Positions 62,506 to 64,000 of a DNA stretch of 64,000 bases are shown here, piece after piece. The DNA lies in the NCBI GenBank assembly GCA_001567355.1, contig JYNZ01000002.1, forward strand, positions 135,477-199,476. The letters run 5' to 3'. The notes beneath the pieces were generated by a model, which was given only the letters and a program-made list of their open reading frames with translations, searched no databases and was not told the origin of the DNA. Made by a program: the position numbers and the translations under genes. Numbering within the stretch: the stretch's first letter is position 1; each line of letters begins with the position of its first letter. The stretch is from a candidate division WS6 bacterium OLB20. Lineage in GTDB: Bacteria > Patescibacteriota > Dojkabacteria > B142 > OLB20.

Positions 62506-63465
62506 ATGGCGGCACAACTCCCTAAACTGATAATCGTTGCGGGCCCCACTGCATCAGGTAAGACATCTTTTGCTCTTGCGCTGGCACAGCATTTGAATGC
62601 AGAACTGATTAATGCTGATTCCAGGCAGGTTGTCAGCGGTCTGGACATAGGTACAAACAAGGAATCCCTGACAGCCACAGGAAAAACCTTAGATAGTGAC
62701 GGAAGAATCCTGAGACAGTTTACAGTCGATGATTCACAAACACGCGGCTGGCTTTACAACATCGTTTCCCCCGATCAGAAGTATGATCTGCAGCAGTTTA
62801 TTACCGATGCAGAATCAGTTATCGGCAGCGTAGCAGCTGAGCATAATCTTATTGTCTGTGGAGGAACGGGGCTGTATATCGATGCACTTGTAAAGGGCTA
62901 CCGCCTTGCTGATGCTGTTCCCGATACCGGACTTCGTAAGCGCCTTTCGGGTCTGAATGTCTCAGAACTGCAGAACGAACTGAAAACAGTCGACCCTCAG
63001 GCACTGGCCGCAAGTAATGACAGCGACCGTGTAAATCCAGTGCGGCTGATACGGCTGATCGAGAAGGCAGGAAAAACAGAGCTTCCCCCTGCAGCTAAGT
63101 ATCAGACCGTACTGTTGTATCCAGACTATAATCGGGATGACCTCTTTAGAACTATTGAGACACGGGCAGAAAAGATGTTTGAACAGGGGTTCGTATCCGA
63201 AGTCGAGCGACTGGTATCTGAAGGTTACGCGGACTCCCCCTATCTGCAGGGAATCGGATACCGTCAGGTCATGTCGTATCTTGCAGGGGATCTGTCATAT
63301 GATGAGATGCGAGAGCAGACTGCTGTCGCTCACCGGCAATACGCAACAAGACAGATTACCTGGTTTGAGTCAGCAGGCAGGGGATATAAACTTCGCAGGG
63401 TTCAGTTTACAATGGCACCGGAGAGATATCTTATTTCGGAACTGAAGCAGTGGTTTGATGAATAA
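62506..63465 (+). CDS. miaA: tRNA dimethylallyltransferase
   Basis: The P-loop VAGPTASGKTSFALALA, INADSRQV, and the canonical MiaA length and order. Confidence 0.9.
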   Translation: MAAQLPKLIIVAGPTASGKTSFALALAQHLNAELINADSRQVVSGLDIGTNKESLTATGKTLDSDGRILRQFTVDDSQTRGWLYNIVSPDQKYDLQQFITDAESVIGSVAAEHNLIVCGGTGLYIDALVKGYRLADAVPDTGLRKRLSGLNVSELQNELKTVDPQALAASNDSDRVNPVRLIRLIEKAGKTELPPAAKYQTVLLYPDYNRDDLFRTIETRAEKMFEQGFVSEVERLVSEGYADSPYLQGIGYRQVMSYLAGDLSYDEMREQTAVAHRQYATRQITWFESAGRGYKLRRVQFTMAPERYLISELKQWFDE

Positions 63466-64000
63466 AAATCTTATCAGGGCAGCAGTTGCGACTGGTGCGA
63501 CAATACTACTCATAGTTCTGCTTTTTGCCGTAACAGCAAGGCCGCAGGAGCCAGGACCGACACCTGAAGTCCCTGTTACAAGCCAGACGGCAGAAGTAAG
63601 CCCTCAAGTGACAGCAAGCCCCCCCCCAAGGATACGAGGAGCAGAATATTCTGTATGTCAGTGAGGGGGCTCTCTGGATCACCGATGTTTCAGGTTCGGC
63701 AGGTCAGAGACTTACCAGTGATGACCCGGCGGATGAGGCGGTCTACAGCTCTCCAGGGTGGCAGTCGGAAAACCGTCCCTTTGCAGTAAGGTGTACGGAA
63801 GTCTGGACCGTCGAGGTGTTTGACCTGGTTAACGGCTCCCAGGAACCGGTATATACAGCCCCGGAGGGATTAATCATTGAAGCAGCAGGCTGGTCACACG
63901 ACGGTGAGATCCTTATTGTACTTGAAAACAGCAGCGACTCGAGAAGAACGTTCAGGCAGGTACTGCCTGAACAAAAAGTGCTCAAGGAGTACGCGCCTGT
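63455..64000 (+). CDS. membrane-anchored secreted protein (possibly beta-propeller-like), frameshift in a C-run near 63625; 3' end lies outside the window
   Basis: ATG at 63455 gives TM plus a PT linker, ending after ccccccccaagg. The next frame is open to the window end (LWITDVSGSAGQRLTSDDPADEAVYSSPGWQSENRPFAVRCTE...). Confidence 0.4.

Noticed and set aside
236-63700. Programmed ribosomal frameshifting or slippage as an explanation for the split genes
   Set aside because: Sixteen or more sites in unrelated housekeeping genes, 9 of them at simple homopolymers and without conserved slippery heptamers or downstream structures, point to technical indels.

Overview
This 64-kb window looks like chromosomal DNA from a monoderm-type, probably uncultivated bacterium of about 50% GC, possibly a CPR-like or Chloroflexi-like MAG. 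It carries many N-terminally anchored, P/T-linker surface proteins, two sortases and an archaeal/eukaryal-type class IIb Asp/AsnRS.

Recognisable content, in order:
- A galU 3' fragment, a Zn-dependent alcohol dehydrogenase, and tRNA-Glu(UUC) followed by a 17-bp duplication of its own 3' end.
- A DUF1801 protein, a eukaryotic-like Ser/Thr kinase, a small PAS sensor, and an XRE HTH plus DUF2178-like membrane protein pair.
- A Cys-rich-repeat surface protein, a frameshifted DUF2207 gene, and a 3.6-kb gene for a 1197-aa MAM-like/GLUG-repeat surface protein that overlaps a sortase gene and a small anchored protein.
- A phosphotransferase (APH-like), an AI-2E transporter, an AEC transporter, a secreted intradiol-dioxygenase-like protein, a 7TM sensor, a HAD hydrolase and an orphan sensor histidine kinase.
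- A GH15-like hydrolase, a lycopene-cyclase-family flavoprotein, gpmI, and the repair genes ung, xth and alkD.
- An alpha/beta hydrolase, a FabH-like ketoacyl synthase III, an SPFH protein, MscS, and several anchored surface proteins.
- A TrpR/YerC-like protein, hisS, mnmA, a DUF3179 protein, rlmH, and a second sortase paired with an FN3-like protein.
- A DUF1653 protein, a T-box leader in front of an Asp/AsnRS gene that carries a C-terminal YbaK-like deacylase domain, and a dcw-type cluster (mraZ, rsmH, ftsL, ftsI, murA, an ECF sigma factor, a MurE-like Mur ligase).
- An MFS transporter, miaA, and a partial secreted protein at the 3' edge.

A major caveat: at least 16 genes are broken by single-nucleotide indels, and 9 of these coincide with homopolymer runs. 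Several are essential genes (murA, ftsI, murE, rsmH), so this is almost certainly homopolymer sequencing/assembly error rather than pseudogenisation. I report such genes as one CDS across the break.

The most interesting non-artefact observations are:
- the aaRS-YbaK fusion with its short T-box leader;
- two paralogous sensor modules that end at a near-identical signalling-helix motif with no output domain;
- the GLUG-protein/sortase/small-protein operon, with non-canonical sorting signals elsewhere in the window;
- a MITE-like element with 26-bp perfect terminal inverted repeats;
- a remnant att-like duplication at tRNA-Glu.

No CRISPR array, rRNA or obvious prophage was seen.
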